Below, in pieces: positions 9,092-21,700 of a DNA stretch of 64,000 nt (position 1 is the first letter of the stretch; each line of letters opens with the position of its first letter). The DNA is from an uncultured Planctomycetota bacterium. Lineage in GTDB: Bacteria > Planctomycetota > Planctomycetia > Gemmatales > Gemmataceae. The notes beneath the pieces are model-generated. The model was not told where the DNA came from. It was given only the letters and a program-made list of their open reading frames with translations, and ran no database searches. The position numbers were made by a program, and so were the translations under genes. Location of the stretch: positions 704,001 to 768,000 of the forward strand of contig CAWKHF010000012.1 of the NCBI GenBank assembly GCA_963849325.1. Direction: 5' to 3'.

Positions 9092-12000
9092 ATGTTCGCT
9101 CCAAGGTCTCGTGCCTGGTTCGTCATCGGAGCGTGGATCGTGGTTCCCTCGCTCTGGGCCGAAACACCAAAACCACCTCTGACACCCGAAAAACAAGCGA
9201 AGTTGGAGGAGCGCGACCGTCATCTGGCGAAGGCGCGGACGCTCTTCTCGGAGGGCAAATTGGCCGAGACGCTCGCCGTCGTCGAAAAGATGCTGGCGCT
9301 GGATCGTCAATTATTTGGCGATGCGCACGACGACACGGTGGAAGCGCTGGAGTGGCTCGCCGAACTGTACGAGCTAAGGGAAGACTTCGCCGCCGCGCGC
9401 AAGGCTCGTGGAGAGGTTGTGGACATCCAGGCCAGGATGCACGGCCCAGACAGCCCTCTCGTCGCCGGTGCCCGCCTGGCCCTGGAGCACGTCGATCGCC
9501 TGGAGAAGCTCGACAGGGATCAGCGCCGGCTCCTGGCGGAAGCGGGCCCACTGCTGGCGCGGATGCACGCTCTTATCCAGGCCAACAAGCATCGCGACGC
9601 CATTCCTGTGGCGGAGGAAGCACTGGCCAGGCGGCAGAAGGTGCTGGGTGAACCGCACTGGCTCTGCGCCGAGACGCTGGCGACGATCGGATTCTTGTAC
9701 CGGCGAACCGGCGATCTCGTCCGGGCGGAGCGGTGCTATCTTCGTGCCCGCGACATCCGTAAGCGGACGCTGGGCGAGACACACCCCGATTACGCCATCG
9801 TCCTCAATAACCTGGGCACCCTCTACCTTGTGCAGCGGGATTACGACCGAGCCGGGACGTTCTACCGACAGGCGGCGACGGCCTTGAAGCAATCGCGGGG
9901 AGAGAAGCACCACCAGTATCTTATGGCCGTGACCAATCTCGCCTTCGTCCATCGGCAAAGGGGCGAATACGACGAGGCGGAGAAGCTCTACCGCGAGGTC
10001 CTCGACGCCAAACGGCAGACGCTAGGGGAAAAGCACGCCGACTACGCGAGCGCCCTGGGCGATCTGGCGGAATTCTACATGACTCGGGACACCCCCGCTG
10101 GCGCAGAACCGTTGGCGCGTCAGGCGCTGGACATCTTCCGGGAGGTCCAGGGCCAGCGCGATCCCCAGACACTTTACGCTCTGAACCGTTTGGCCAATGT
10201 CTACTGGAGGATGAAGGACTACGCCAAGGCCGAACCGCTCTATCGCCGGGTGGTTGAGGTCCGCAAGGAGACGGTGGGCGAGAAACATCCCGATTACGCG
10301 GCGAGCCTGAACAATCTCGCGCTGCTCTACGCGAATAAGGGCGAGAGCGAGCGTGCCGAGCCGCTCTTTCTGCGGGCGATGGAGATCACCCGCCAGACGC
10401 AAGGGGAAAAGCACCTCGGATACACGACCCAGCTCCGCAACCTGGGACGCCTCTATCAGGACGAGAAACGGTACGACAAAGCCCTGCCGCTCTTGCAACA
10501 GGCAGCGACCCTCCACAAGGAGTTACTGGGCGAGAAGCATCCATCCTACGCGACCGCGCTGAACGACCTGGCCATGCTGTACGTGGACCTCAAGAAGTTC
10601 GCTCAGGCCGAGCCAATCTTCCGGCGGCTTCTGGCCATCCACAGAGAGACGGTCGGCGAGAAACACCCCGACTACCTCGGCAGTCTCCGAAGCCTCGGAC
10701 TCCTGCTGGAGGACCAGGCCCGGGAATACGAGTCCCGCGACGACCTGGCGTCGGCTCGCAAGGCACGTCAGGAGGCACTGTCGATCCACACCAAACTGGA
10801 TGGCGGCCGGCACTGGCGGACGGTCGATGCGCGCCTGCGGCTGGAATTGCTCGAACGTCTGGGGCCATGGGACCCGGAGCGGCGCCGGCAGTTGCGCGAA
10901 ACGGAAGGCGTGTTGAGTCGGGCTTGGGAGCTGAAGAATCGCGGCAAGGATCGAGAGGCCGTGCCGCTGGCACAGCAAGCGCTGCAGGTCCGGCAGCAGC
11001 TATTGGGCGAAGACCACTGGCTGACGGCCGATGCTCAGACAGGGCTGGCTTCCGCTCTCACCGATGGCCGGGAATACGCGCGGGCGGAACCGCTTTACCA
11101 GCGCGCACTGACGACCTCGCAAAAGGTCCTGGGCGAACAGCATCCCGATTGCGGCTACCTGCTGCATCAACTCGGCTTCGTCCACGAAAACAGGGGCGAG
11201 TATGCTCGTGCCGAGCGGAGATACCAGGAAGCCCTCGACATTCGCGGCCGCGTGCAGGGCCAAAAGAACCGCTCCTATGCCACGACCCTCGGCAACCTGG
11301 CCGCGCTGTGCCGGATTCGGGGAGACTATGCACGGGCCGAGCGGCTGGGCCGGGAGAACCTGGAACTCCGGGAGCAAGTGGTTGGCCGACACCATCCGGA
11401 TTACGCCCTGAGTCTGATGACCCTGGCCTGGCTCGCCGAGCACCGGCGCGATTACGTGCAGGCGGAGAAACTGACGCGCCAGGCCCTGGACATCCGCACG
11501 AAGGCCCTCGGCGAAGCTCATGCCCAATGCGGGGAGTGTTGGAATCTGCTCGGCGACGTAGCCTGTTACCGAGGCGACTTTGCGCGAGCGGAGTCGCTGC
11601 AACAACAGGTCCTGGCGATCTACCGCAAGGCGCAAGGAGAGAAGCACCCGGATTGTGCCTGGCCCCTCACGAACCTGGCCGAAATCTATTCGAAAACAGG
11701 CCGTTTTCTCCAGGCGGAGACTGCCAACCGTGAGGCCCTGGCGATCCTCCGCCAGTCTCTGGGAGAGAAACACCCGCGCTACGCTCGGCTCCTGCACGAA
11801 CGGGGCGCCCTGTACCGCCACATGGGCAAGCCCGCACAGGCCGAGGCGCTTCTTCGCCAAGCGCTGGCCATTCACAAGGAGACGCTCGGCGAGAACCACA
11901 TCGAGTACGGCAACACCCTGTCCGAGCTGGCGTCGCTGGCCAACCACCAGGGGAGATACGTCGAGGCCGAGGCGTTGTATCGCCGCGACCTGGCGATCCG

Positions 12001-15000
12001 CAAGCAAGCCCACGGCGCGAAGACGAGCGATTACGCCATCATCCTGAGCAATCTGGCGATCGTCGCGGACAACCGAGGTGCCTACGCCGAGGCGCAGTCT
12101 CTGCACGAAAGCGCCCTCGCCATTTACAAGGAGCTGGGACGAGAGAAGCATCCCGATTTCGCTACCGCCCTGAATAACCTGGCCTGCGTGTGCGACCACA
12201 AGGGCGACTACGCGCGAGCCGAAGGCCTGTACGCGCAGGCCTTGGCGATCCGCAAGGAAGTGCTGGGGGAGTCCCATCCGGATTACGCCCTCAACCTGAA
12301 TAACCTGGCGTCTCATTATCGCTCCCGCGGCGAGCTGAAGCGATCGGTGGCGCTGGCGCGAAAGCGCTGGAGGCGAGGCGGCGGGCCGTGGGAGAGAAGC
12401 ACCCCGACTATGCCCTCACCCTCAACAACCTGGCCATGAACCTGTATGAGGACATGGGCGAATATGCCGAGGCCGAACGACTCCTGGGACAAGCCCTGGC
12501 GATTCGCAAGGAAGTGCTGGGGGACAAGCATCCCGATTATGTCAATTCGCTGAGCAGCCTGGCCGGCTTCCATCAGACCAAAGGCGAGTACACCCGCGCC
12601 GAGACCTTGTACAAGGAAGTGGTGGCGACCCGCAAGGAGATCCTGGGCGAACGCGACCTGGAGTACGCCTCCGCTCTGAACCGTCTCGGCCAGCTCTATG
12701 TTCACATGGGAGATACTCTCCGCGCGGAGCCTCTTCTGCGGCAGGCGCTGGCGATTCGCAAGGACATCCTGGGCGAGCGGCACCGTTCCTACGCCCAGAG
12801 TCTCTACGAGCTGGGCAAGATGTACCTCGCCAAGGGAGATTACGTTCGCGCCGAGCCGTTCTGTCGCCAGGCGCTGGAGGTTGATCGGAAGACCCTCGGA
12901 GCGAAGCATCCCTCCGTGGCGAACAGCCTGTCCCTGCTCGCCACGCTTTACCAAGAGATGGGGGATTACGCCCGCGCCGAGGCCTTCGTGCTTCAGGCGC
13001 TGGCGATCGACCGGGAGGCGCTGGGGGAGCAACATCCCGCTTACGCGATCACCTTGACCAACGCGGCGATCCTGTACAGCGCCCGAGGCGATTACCAACA
13101 GGCCGAACGGATGACGCGGCAAGCGCTGGCGATCCGAGAACGGACCCTGCCCAGGAAGCACCCCTCGTATGCCAACAGTCTCAACAGCATGGGGGCCCTG
13201 TGTCGCCGCCGGGGCGATGACGCCGCGGCCACGGAATACTACCAGCGCGGTCTGGACGTGTGGCAGCAGGTGTTCGGGCAGGACAACGTGCATTGCGCGG
13301 TTGGTCTCCATAATCTGGCCGTGTCCTCTATCTACCAGCGCGATTGGCAGAAGGCGGAGTCGTATCTCCAACAATCCCTCCGGATTCGCAGAGCCGTGCG
13401 AGGCGAATTCGATCCGGCCGTTGCCGGCGACCTGTCGGACCTGGCCTTGCTCTCGTGGGTAAAGGGAGATTATCTCACGGCCGAGACGTTTTCTCGTCAG
13501 GCGGTCGAGGCCATCCGCCAGCACAACGATCGGCTCGCCGCTGTCCAGTCGGAGCGCCAGCAACTGGCTCGCGTTCATACCCTGCGCGATCTACTCGATC
13601 GCTACCTGTCCTTGACGGCGGAGGCGAACCTCGCCGGGGAGCAGGTCTATCCGCAGGTTCTGGCCTGGAAGGGGGCCGTCTCGGCTCGTCAGCGAGCCAT
13701 CCGCGCCCTGCAGCGCGCCACCCGAGGAGGCGACAAGCCGGAGGTCGCGCGGCTTTACCAGGATCTGGACCAAGCCACGCGGCGGCTGGCCGTCCTCTCG
13801 CAACTCGACGCCGCCGACCGCGACCACCGCCGCAAGGTCCAGGAACTCAGCGATGCGATTGAGCGACTGGAACGGAAGTTAGCCGAAATCAGCCAGGATT
13901 TTCGCCGACAGGTGGAGCAGCGACGGCGCACCGCCGACGATCTCCGTCGCGCTCTGCCAGCCGGCAGCGTGCTGGTCGATGTCTTGGTCTACGACCACGC
14001 CGTGCCGACCAAGGAAGGCCCGATGAAACTGATCACCGAAGTGCGCCTGGCCGCCTTCGTCGTCCGACCGGATCGGGATCGCATCGAGCGCGTCAATCTC
14101 GGACCGGCCCAGCCCGTCACGGAAGCGCTGAATCGTTGGCGGTTGGCCCTGCAACGACGCTTTCGCACCGAGGGAGACGCGCGCCTGTCCGCGGAAGTTC
14201 GCCGGCTGGTCTGGACGCCGCTGGAGAAGCACGTCGGAGACGCCAAACTCGTACTGATCTCCCCCGACGGAGCCTTGACTCGTTTCCCGTGGGCGGCCCT
14301 GCCCGGCGCGAAGGCGGACAGCTACCTGATCGAAGAGCGGGCCTTGGCGGTCATCGCAGTGCCTCAGCTGCTGCCCGACCTGCTCGCCGAGCGCGCCGGG
14401 CCGCCAGACGAGCCGTCGCTGCTTGTCGTCGGCGGCGTGAACTTCGACGCGGAGGCCGGCGCGGTCGGGGGCGACGCCCTGACGCGGTCGTCGCCGCGCG
14501 CGGCCGCGCGGGGGAGCCGTTCCAGTGGACGCGGTTGCCGGGAACGCTCCTGGAGATGCAGGCCGTGCGCGACACCTTCCGTTGCCGTTACCCGGCCGCC
14601 GGTTTGGTGGACCTCCGCGAGGACCGGCCAACCGAAGCGGCCGTGCGCCAGGCCATCGCCCGACATCGCTTCCTGCACTTCGCCACCCACGGCTACTTCG
14701 CCCCCAAGGAATTGCGCTCCGCCCTGGCCGAAACGTCGCGACGGCACGAACTGGAGACCGACGACCTGTCGGCGCGGCGAGACCTGGTTGGCTTCCATCC
14801 GGGCTTGCTGTCGGGCCTGGTGCTGGCCGGCGCCAATCGGCCGGTGCATCCCGAGAGAGACGACGGCATCTTGACCGCGTTGGAAGTGGAAGCGTTGGAC
14901 CTGACCGGCGTGGAGTTGGCGGTGCTGTCGGCGTGCGAGACAGGGTTGGGCGAGGAAAGAGCGGGTGGCGAAGGTCTGTTGGGACTGCAACGTTCCTTCC

Positions 15001-15296
15001 AGGTGGCGGGGGCGCGCGGCGTGGTGGCGAGCCTGTGGCAAGTGGACGACGCGGCCACGCGGAAGCTCATGACCGAGTTCTATCAGAACCTGTGGCAAAA
15101 GAAGCTGCCCAAGCTGGAGGCGCTGCGTCAGGCTCAGCTGTGGATGTTGAAAGAGGGTGAGGGCTGGATGCGTAAGGAAGGCATTCCCCGCGGCCTGATC
15201 GACGTGAAGGTGCCGCGCGAGCGGCTGGCGAAAGACGATGGTCGTCTGCCGCCGTACTACTGGGCCGCCTTCGCCCTATCCGGGGACTGGCGTTAA
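9092..15296 (+). CDS. Giant secreted TPR-repeat protein with C-terminal CHAT (caspase-like) protease domain (~2060 aa, two frameshifts)
   Basis: Signal peptide; dozens of 42-aa TPRs (GEKHPDYAxxLNNLA); CHAT motifs HFATHG, LSACETG, PYYWAAF. ORFs 9092..12439, 12388..14874 and 14136..15296. Confidence 0.88.
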
Positions 15297-15385
15297 GAGG
15301 CTCTAACAAAATGTGGCAACACGTTTTCAACGTGTTGGATTGTACGGCACGTTACAAACGTGCCGCCACATTCGGTTCGTGCCTC
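15297..15385 (+). mobile_element. 89-bp miniature inverted-repeat element, copy 3
   Basis: One mismatch versus copy 1. Left TAA is the CHAT stop codon; right TAA at 15386-15388. Confidence 0.75.
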
Positions 15386-15584
15386 TAAATATTCTATCCC
15401 AAGCGACTGCACCTGTCCTTACGACGACGCCTCGTGTTCGGAGCGCGAGCGACGGATCGGCCCGTCGCTCGCGCTCCGAGTTGGTTGTTTATGCGCGCAC
15501 CCGTTACATTGAAACACTATGTCCGCCCCGAGAGAAGCCGTCGAGTTCCTTTGATCCGACTCTCAGAGACAAACCAAACGGAGA

Positions 15585-17048
15585 GTGGAACCCGTGAAAT
15601 CAAGAGGTTGGAGCTTCCTCAGTCTTGTCCTGGTCACTTCCTTCGGTAGCCGCGCGTGGGCCGAGCCTTCCGCGGCACTGGAAGGGCGACGACCCAACAT
15701 GATCTTTGTTCTGACGGATGACCAGGGCTACGGCGACCTGTCGTGCCACGGCAACCCGATCCTCAAGACCCCGAACCTCGACCGGCTGCACGACGAGGGC
15801 GTCCGCTTCACGGACTTCCACGTCAGCCCAACCTGCTCACCGACGCGCTCGGCCTTATTGACCGGCCGGCATGAGTTCAAGAACGGCGTCACGCACACGA
15901 TCCTTGAGCGAGAGCGCTTGACGCGGAAGGCGACAACCGTTGCCCAGGTGCTGAAGTCGGCCGGCTACACGACCGGCATCTTCGGGAAATGGCACCTCGG
16001 CGACGAGTCCGACCACTGGCCGGACAAGCGCGGTTTCGAGGAGATGTTCATCCACGGCTGCGGGGGCATCGGCCAGAGCTACCCCGGCAGCTGTGGCGAC
16101 GCCCCCGGCAACACCTACTTCGACCCGACCATCCTGCACAATGGCAAGTTCGAGAAGACCAAGGGCTATTGCACCGACGTCTTCTTCGGCCAGGCACTGC
16201 GCTGGATCGAGTCGGTGAAGGGCAGGAAGCCGTTCTTCTGCTATCTGCCCACGAACGCCCCCCATGCCCCACTGCAGGTACGCCCCGAGGACGAGAAACG
16301 CTACGCCGACAAGGTGAAGGACCCGAACACGGCGAAGTTCTTCGGCATGATCGCCAACATCGATGACAACGTCGGACGACTCCTGGATAAGCTCAAAGAA
16401 TGGGGTCTTGAGCGCGACACACTGGTCATCTTCATGAACGACAACGGTGGTACGGCCGGGGTGCGCGTCTTCAACGCCGGTATGCGCGGCGCCAAGGTCA
16501 CGCCCTGGCTGGGAGGCACGCGGGCGGCGTCGTTCTGGCGCTGGCCGGGAACGCTGAAGCCCGGCGACGTGGATCGCCTGGCCGCCCACATCGACTTCTT
16601 CCCCACCGTGGCCGAGATCGCCGGGGCGAAGCGAAGCGACAAGGTGAGAGCGCAGGTGGAAGGCCGGAGCCTGGTGCCCCTGTTGCGCGAGCCGAAAGCG
16701 GAGTGGCCCGACCGAATTCTGTTCACACACGTCGGCCGCTGGCCGAAAGGAGCGAAACCGGCGGACCACAAATACGCTCATTGCAGTGTGCGCAGCCCGC
16801 GCTGGCACCTGGTCTGCGACACCAGGGACGGCACGAAGAAGTGGCAGTTGTTCGACGTGAAGGCCGACCCCGGCGAGAAGACCGACGTGGCGGCCAGGCA
16901 TCCCGAGGTGGTGAAGGAGCTGGACGCGTCTTACGACAAGTGGTGGGACTCGGTGCAACCGGGTATGGTGAACGAGGACGCTACTGGGCCGAAGGTCAAC
17001 CCGTTCAAGGAACTGTACGAGAAGCAGTTCGGCGGCAAGTCGAAATAG
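15585..17048 (+). CDS. Arylsulfatase (formylglycine-dependent sulfatase)
   Basis: PNMIFVLTDDQG, CSPTR, GKWHLG, NAPH, DNG motifs; signal peptide. Confidence 0.9.
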   Translation: MEPVKSRGWSFLSLVLVTSFGSRAWAEPSAALEGRRPNMIFVLTDDQGYGDLSCHGNPILKTPNLDRLHDEGVRFTDFHVSPTCSPTRSALLTGRHEFKNGVTHTILERERLTRKATTVAQVLKSAGYTTGIFGKWHLGDESDHWPDKRGFEEMFIHGCGGIGQSYPGSCGDAPGNTYFDPTILHNGKFEKTKGYCTDVFFGQALRWIESVKGRKPFFCYLPTNAPHAPLQVRPEDEKRYADKVKDPNTAKFFGMIANIDDNVGRLLDKLKEWGLERDTLVIFMNDNGGTAGVRVFNAGMRGAKVTPWLGGTRAASFWRWPGTLKPGDVDRLAAHIDFFPTVAEIAGAKRSDKVRAQVEGRSLVPLLREPKAEWPDRILFTHVGRWPKGAKPADHKYAHCSVRSPRWHLVCDTRDGTKKWQLFDVKADPGEKTDVAARHPEVVKELDASYDKWWDSVQPGMVNEDATGPKVNPFKELYEKQFGGKSK

Positions 17049-17134
17049 ATGACGAGAGGACCGTGCAACGCGCGCTGTATACGATCTGCTGCTGGAGTCA
17101 AAGTCCAACCCCCAACCCGTGAGGGATCGGAATC

Positions 17135-18586
17135 ATGTCCTGTTCGCGGCCCTGGAGAGAGGGCATCCTCATGCTCGCCGCCGTGCTCGTGGCTCCGCCA
17201 GCCACGTTGCGGGCCGAGGATGGTCCGGCCAAACCGAACGTGCTGTTCCTGTTTGCCGACGATCAGCGCGCCGACACCATCGCGGCACTCGGCAATTCGG
17301 AGATCAAGACGCCTTACCTCGACCGTCTTGTGAAAAAGGGAGTCGCGTTCGACCGCGCCTACATGCAGGGGGGATTGCAAGGGGCGACGTGCGTACCCTC
17401 GCGGGCCATGCTGCTCTCGGGCCGGTCGTTGTTCCATATCGACGAGAAACTGAAACGCCATCCCACCTGGCCGAGTGCCTTCGGGAAGTCCGGTTACACG
17501 ACCTTCCTGAGCGGCAAGTGGCACAACGGACCCGATTCGCTCCCGGCCAGTTTTCAGATTGCCCGATCTGTCTTCGCCGGCGGCATGACGAACCCAATGC
17601 AGGCGAAGCTCAGCGACATGGTTGATGGCAAGCTCGGCAAGCCCCAACTCGCTCGCCGTCATGCCTGTGCGGTCTTCGCCGACGAAGCCATCCGCTTTCT
17701 CCAAGAACACAAGCGTGGACCGTTCTTCTGTTACGTCCCCTTCGACGCGCCGCACGATCCGCACATTGTTCCGGACGATTTCCCGATCCGATACGATGCC
17801 GCCAGGATCTCCCTCCCGCCAAACTTCCTGTCCCAACACCCCTGGGACAACGGCGAGATGACGGTTCGCGACGAGCAACTCCTCCCTTGGCCGCGAACTC
17901 CCAAGAAAATCCGGGAGATGAACGCCGAGTATTATCGCTACATTTCGTATCTCGACGCCCAGATCGGTCGGATACTGAACGCCCTGGACGACTCGCCTCA
18001 CGCGAAGAACACCCTTGTCGTCTTCTCTGCCGACTCGGGAGTCGCGCGCGGCAGCCACGGGCTGATCGGCAAGCAGAATGTCTACGAACACTCGGTACGG
18101 GTGCCGTTGCTCATCAGCGGACCCGGCATCCCGGCAGGCAAACGCAGCGATGCCATGGTCTACCTCTTCGACGTCCTGCCAACCCTCGGCAAGCTGTGCG
18201 GTGTGCCTGCCCCGAACACCAGCGAAGGGATCGAGTTCACGACCTCCTTGAGCGACCCGACGAGGCCAGCGCGACCGCAGTTGATGTTCGCCTACCGCAA
18301 CGTCCAGCGGGCGGTTCGCGACGATCGCTGGAAGATCATCCGTTATCCGCAGGTCGATAAGACGCAACTGTTCGATCTCCGGGCCGATCCCCACGAAACC
18401 ACCAACCTTGCCGACAAGCCCGAGCATGCAGCCAGGGTGCACACCCTGACGGTGTTGTTGGCGAACGAACTGAAGCAGTACGGCGACACCGCCCCCCTTA
18501 CCGTACCCAAGCCAAAGTCCGGCAAGTGGACGCCGCCCAAAAAGGACCGAACGCCCCGTGGCAGCCAGAGGAAGGAACAGCCATGA
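17135..18586 (+). CDS. Sulfatase (choline-sulfatase-like)
   Basis: PNVLFLFADDQR, CVPSR, GKWH, APHDP, GKQNVYE motifs. Confidence 0.88.
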   Translation: MSCSRPWREGILMLAAVLVAPPATLRAEDGPAKPNVLFLFADDQRADTIAALGNSEIKTPYLDRLVKKGVAFDRAYMQGGLQGATCVPSRAMLLSGRSLFHIDEKLKRHPTWPSAFGKSGYTTFLSGKWHNGPDSLPASFQIARSVFAGGMTNPMQAKLSDMVDGKLGKPQLARRHACAVFADEAIRFLQEHKRGPFFCYVPFDAPHDPHIVPDDFPIRYDAARISLPPNFLSQHPWDNGEMTVRDEQLLPWPRTPKKIREMNAEYYRYISYLDAQIGRILNALDDSPHAKNTLVVFSADSGVARGSHGLIGKQNVYEHSVRVPLLISGPGIPAGKRSDAMVYLFDVLPTLGKLCGVPAPNTSEGIEFTTSLSDPTRPARPQLMFAYRNVQRAVRDDRWKIIRYPQVDKTQLFDLRADPHETTNLADKPEHAARVHTLTVLLANELKQYGDTAPLTVPKPKSGKWTPPKKDRTPRGSQRKEQP

Positions 18587-18760
18587 AACAATCGTGCATT
18601 TCAAGGCCGGCCTTCCGGAAAAGAGCCGATGTCCCAGCCCTTGGCGTGGCAGAGCCCTCCCCCGTCACAACCGCTTTGCTGTCGCAGGGAACGGGGGACG
18701 ACAGGAGGGATTCCCGGACCGTCGCGGATGATTCTCCCGCATGGGCACGGTCAATGATTC

Positions 18761-21700
18761 TTACTCTTGCTGTAACTCGCGTAGGTTCGCCTCGATAGTC
18801 TGGATCTGCGTTTGCAAATCGGCCACGAGGTCGCGCTGCTGCTGCACGATCTCCTTCGGGGCGCGATCGACGAAGTTGGCGTTGCCGAGCTTGGCTCGCG
18901 CCGCCTGCACGTGCTTGAGCTTGTCCGCGAGCTGCTTCTGCAAGGCGGGCAATCTCCGCGGCCACGTCGATCAAGCCCGCCAGCGACACGTACAGCCTCG
19001 AACTCCGGCGTCACGTGCGTCGCCGCCTGGCGCGGCTTGGCCGTCTCGGGTCCGCACTCCAGCCGGCCGACACCGGCCAGGGCGGCAAGGAACGGCGCCA
19101 GCGTGCGGAAGTCCTCGGCCACCGCCTCGGAGCAACGCACGAACACATCAAGGCTCGTTTTCAGGTCCACATTGTAGCGATTGCGCACTTCACGCACGGC
19201 TCGGACCAACTCCTGCATGCGGCCGATGCGCGTCTCCATCGCCGAGTCCCGCCACGAGGCGGGAAGGCTCGGCCACGGAGCGATGACCACGCTCTCGGCG
19301 GCCGGCTCCGGCGCCGGCAGACCGCGCTCGAAGGCCGACTCGTTCAGCGCCTGCCAGACCGACTCGGCCACGAACGGCATGACCGGCTGCACCAGTCGCA
19401 GGATGCCGTCGAGCACGCCAACCAGTACGCGCTGCACCAGCGGCCGCGATGCTGCGTCTTGCAGGCGGCCCTTGCTCATCTCCACGTACCAGTCGCAGAA
19501 CTCCGACCAGGTGAAGTCGTAAATCGTCCGCGCCACCTCGCTGAAACGGTAGTTCTCCAGGTGCGCCGTCACCGCCGCCGTCGTCGTCGCCAGGCGGCTC
19601 AAAATCCAGCGGTCCTCGATGGGCAGTTCGTCGTGGCGGATCGCTCCCGGTTGGTAGCCCTCCAGGTTGAGAAACAGAAATCGAGCGGCGTTCCACAGCT
19701 TGTTGGCGAAGTTGCGGCCCATGTCGAAGCGCTCCGACGCCTGCCTGGCCGTGGGCAATTCCGGGTCGGGCGCCGGCCACGGGCCGCCGGGACGAAACGG
19801 CTTCTTGCACTCCGGGCACGTCACCTTGCGCGTCCGCATGTACATATGCTCCTGCTTGATGGGCACGAGCGTATCGCAGTGCGGGCACACATTGGCCACC
19901 GGCATCTTGCTGTCCTGCGTCTCCGTCGCCTGATGCACCATCAGAAAGCGAAGTGCGTCGGTACCGTAGCGCTCGATGATGTCGAGCGGGTCGATGCCGT
20001 TGCCCTTGCTTTTGCTCATCGTCTCGCCGAAGCCGTCGAGGATCTTCGGATGGATGTAGACGTGGCGGAACGGCACCTCGTCCAGGTTGTAGAGTCCGGT
20101 CATCACCATGCGCGCCACCCAGAGCGTGATGATGTCGCGGCTGGTCACCAGCACGCTCGTCGGATACCAGTAGGCCAATTCCGGCGTGCGCTCCGGCCAA
20201 CCGAGCGTCGAGTGCGGCCACAGCGCCGAGCTGAACCAGGTGTCGAGTACGTCCGGGATCCTGTTCCAGGGGATATTTCGGACCCAGCATATCGCTCGGA
20301 AGGTCTTCGAGGGAGCAGATGAGCCAGCGAGCGTTGGCCTCATCGAGCCGCCACGTCACGTCGTCGCGGCCGGCGAAGAGGCGTTTCAACTCGCTCTCGG
20401 GGCAGCTGGCGTACCAGATGGGAATGCGATGGCCCCACCACAGCTGCCGGCTGATGCACCAGTCGCGCTTCTCGCCGAGCCAGTCGAGATAGGTCTTGGC
20501 ATAGCGCTCGGGGGTGAACTGGACCCGGCCGTCCTTCACGGCATCGATGGCGCGCTGGGCCAGGCCCGCCTGTCCGTCGGCGTCGCCCATGCGCACGAAC
20601 CATTGATCCGACAGGTACGGCTCGATCGGCGTCTTGCTGCGGTCGCTGAGCGGGATGGTGTTCTCGATGTCCTCCTCGCGGTCGAACAGGCCGAGTTCCT
20701 GCAGGTCCGTCGACCACCCGGCGGCGAGCCTCGGTGCGATCGAGTCCGGCGTAGGAGAAGGCCCGGCCGCGGAATTCTCCCCTGCCGTTGTCGTTGATGG
20801 AGCCGTCGGGGTGGAGAATGTTGATCGGCGGGCCGGTGTCCTTGTGTCGTTCCCAGACGGCGTAGTCGTTGTAGTCGTGGGCCGGCGTGATCTTCACGGC
20901 GCCGGTGCCTTTCTCGGGGTCGGCGTAGCGGTCGGCGATCAGCGGCAACTTGCGGCCCAGCAACGGCAGTTCCAGGATGGTGCCGGCGCGGGCCATCTCC
21001 GCCAATTTCTCCAGATGCGGCAGCATCTCCTCGCGCCGGCGGCGCAGCCGATCGAGGCGTTCCTGGATGTCGCGGGCGTCCTTGTCGCCGGCCTTGGCCA
21101 GAGCGGTTTCCAGGTCGCGCTCGCGCCTGTCCAACTCTCGCGCCGGCTCGGGATGGACCGCCACGGCCGTATCGCCCAGCATCGTCTCCGGCCGTGTCGT
21201 GCCGATCAGCACGTGATCGAGGGAGCCGGATGCAGCCGACAAAACTGGATAGCGAAAGTAGTAGAATTTGCCCTTCTGCTTGACGTTCTCCACCTCGTCG
21301 TCGGCCACCGACGTTTGCAGCTGAGCGTCCCAGTTCACCAGGCGTTTGCCGCGAAAAATGAGGCCGTCCTTGAACATATTGAAAGAAGGTGGTGCGCACG
21401 GCGCGGCGCAGACCGGGTCCAGCGTGAAGCGCGTCCGCTGCCAATCGCAGCTGCATCCCAACTCGCCGAGCTGGCCGAGGATGCGTTTCTCGTACTGGTC
21501 CTTCCACTGCCAGATGCGTTGGACCAACTCCTCGCGGCCGAGGTCGTGGCGTGTCTTTTTTTCCTCGTCGCGCAGACGGCGTTCCACCACGGCTTGCGTG
21601 GCGATGCCGGCGTGATCGGTGCCGGGCATCCACAGGACGTCGTAGCCCTGCATGCGCCGCCAACGGATGAGCACGTCTTGCAGCGTGTTGTTGAGGGCGT

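Noticed and set aside
18583-18798. Possible third gene of the sulfatase operon (MKQSCISRPAFRK..., coupled via ATGA)
   Set aside because: Resembles a degenerate Tat signal but has no recognisable domain and overlaps the valS end; at most a truncated remnant.
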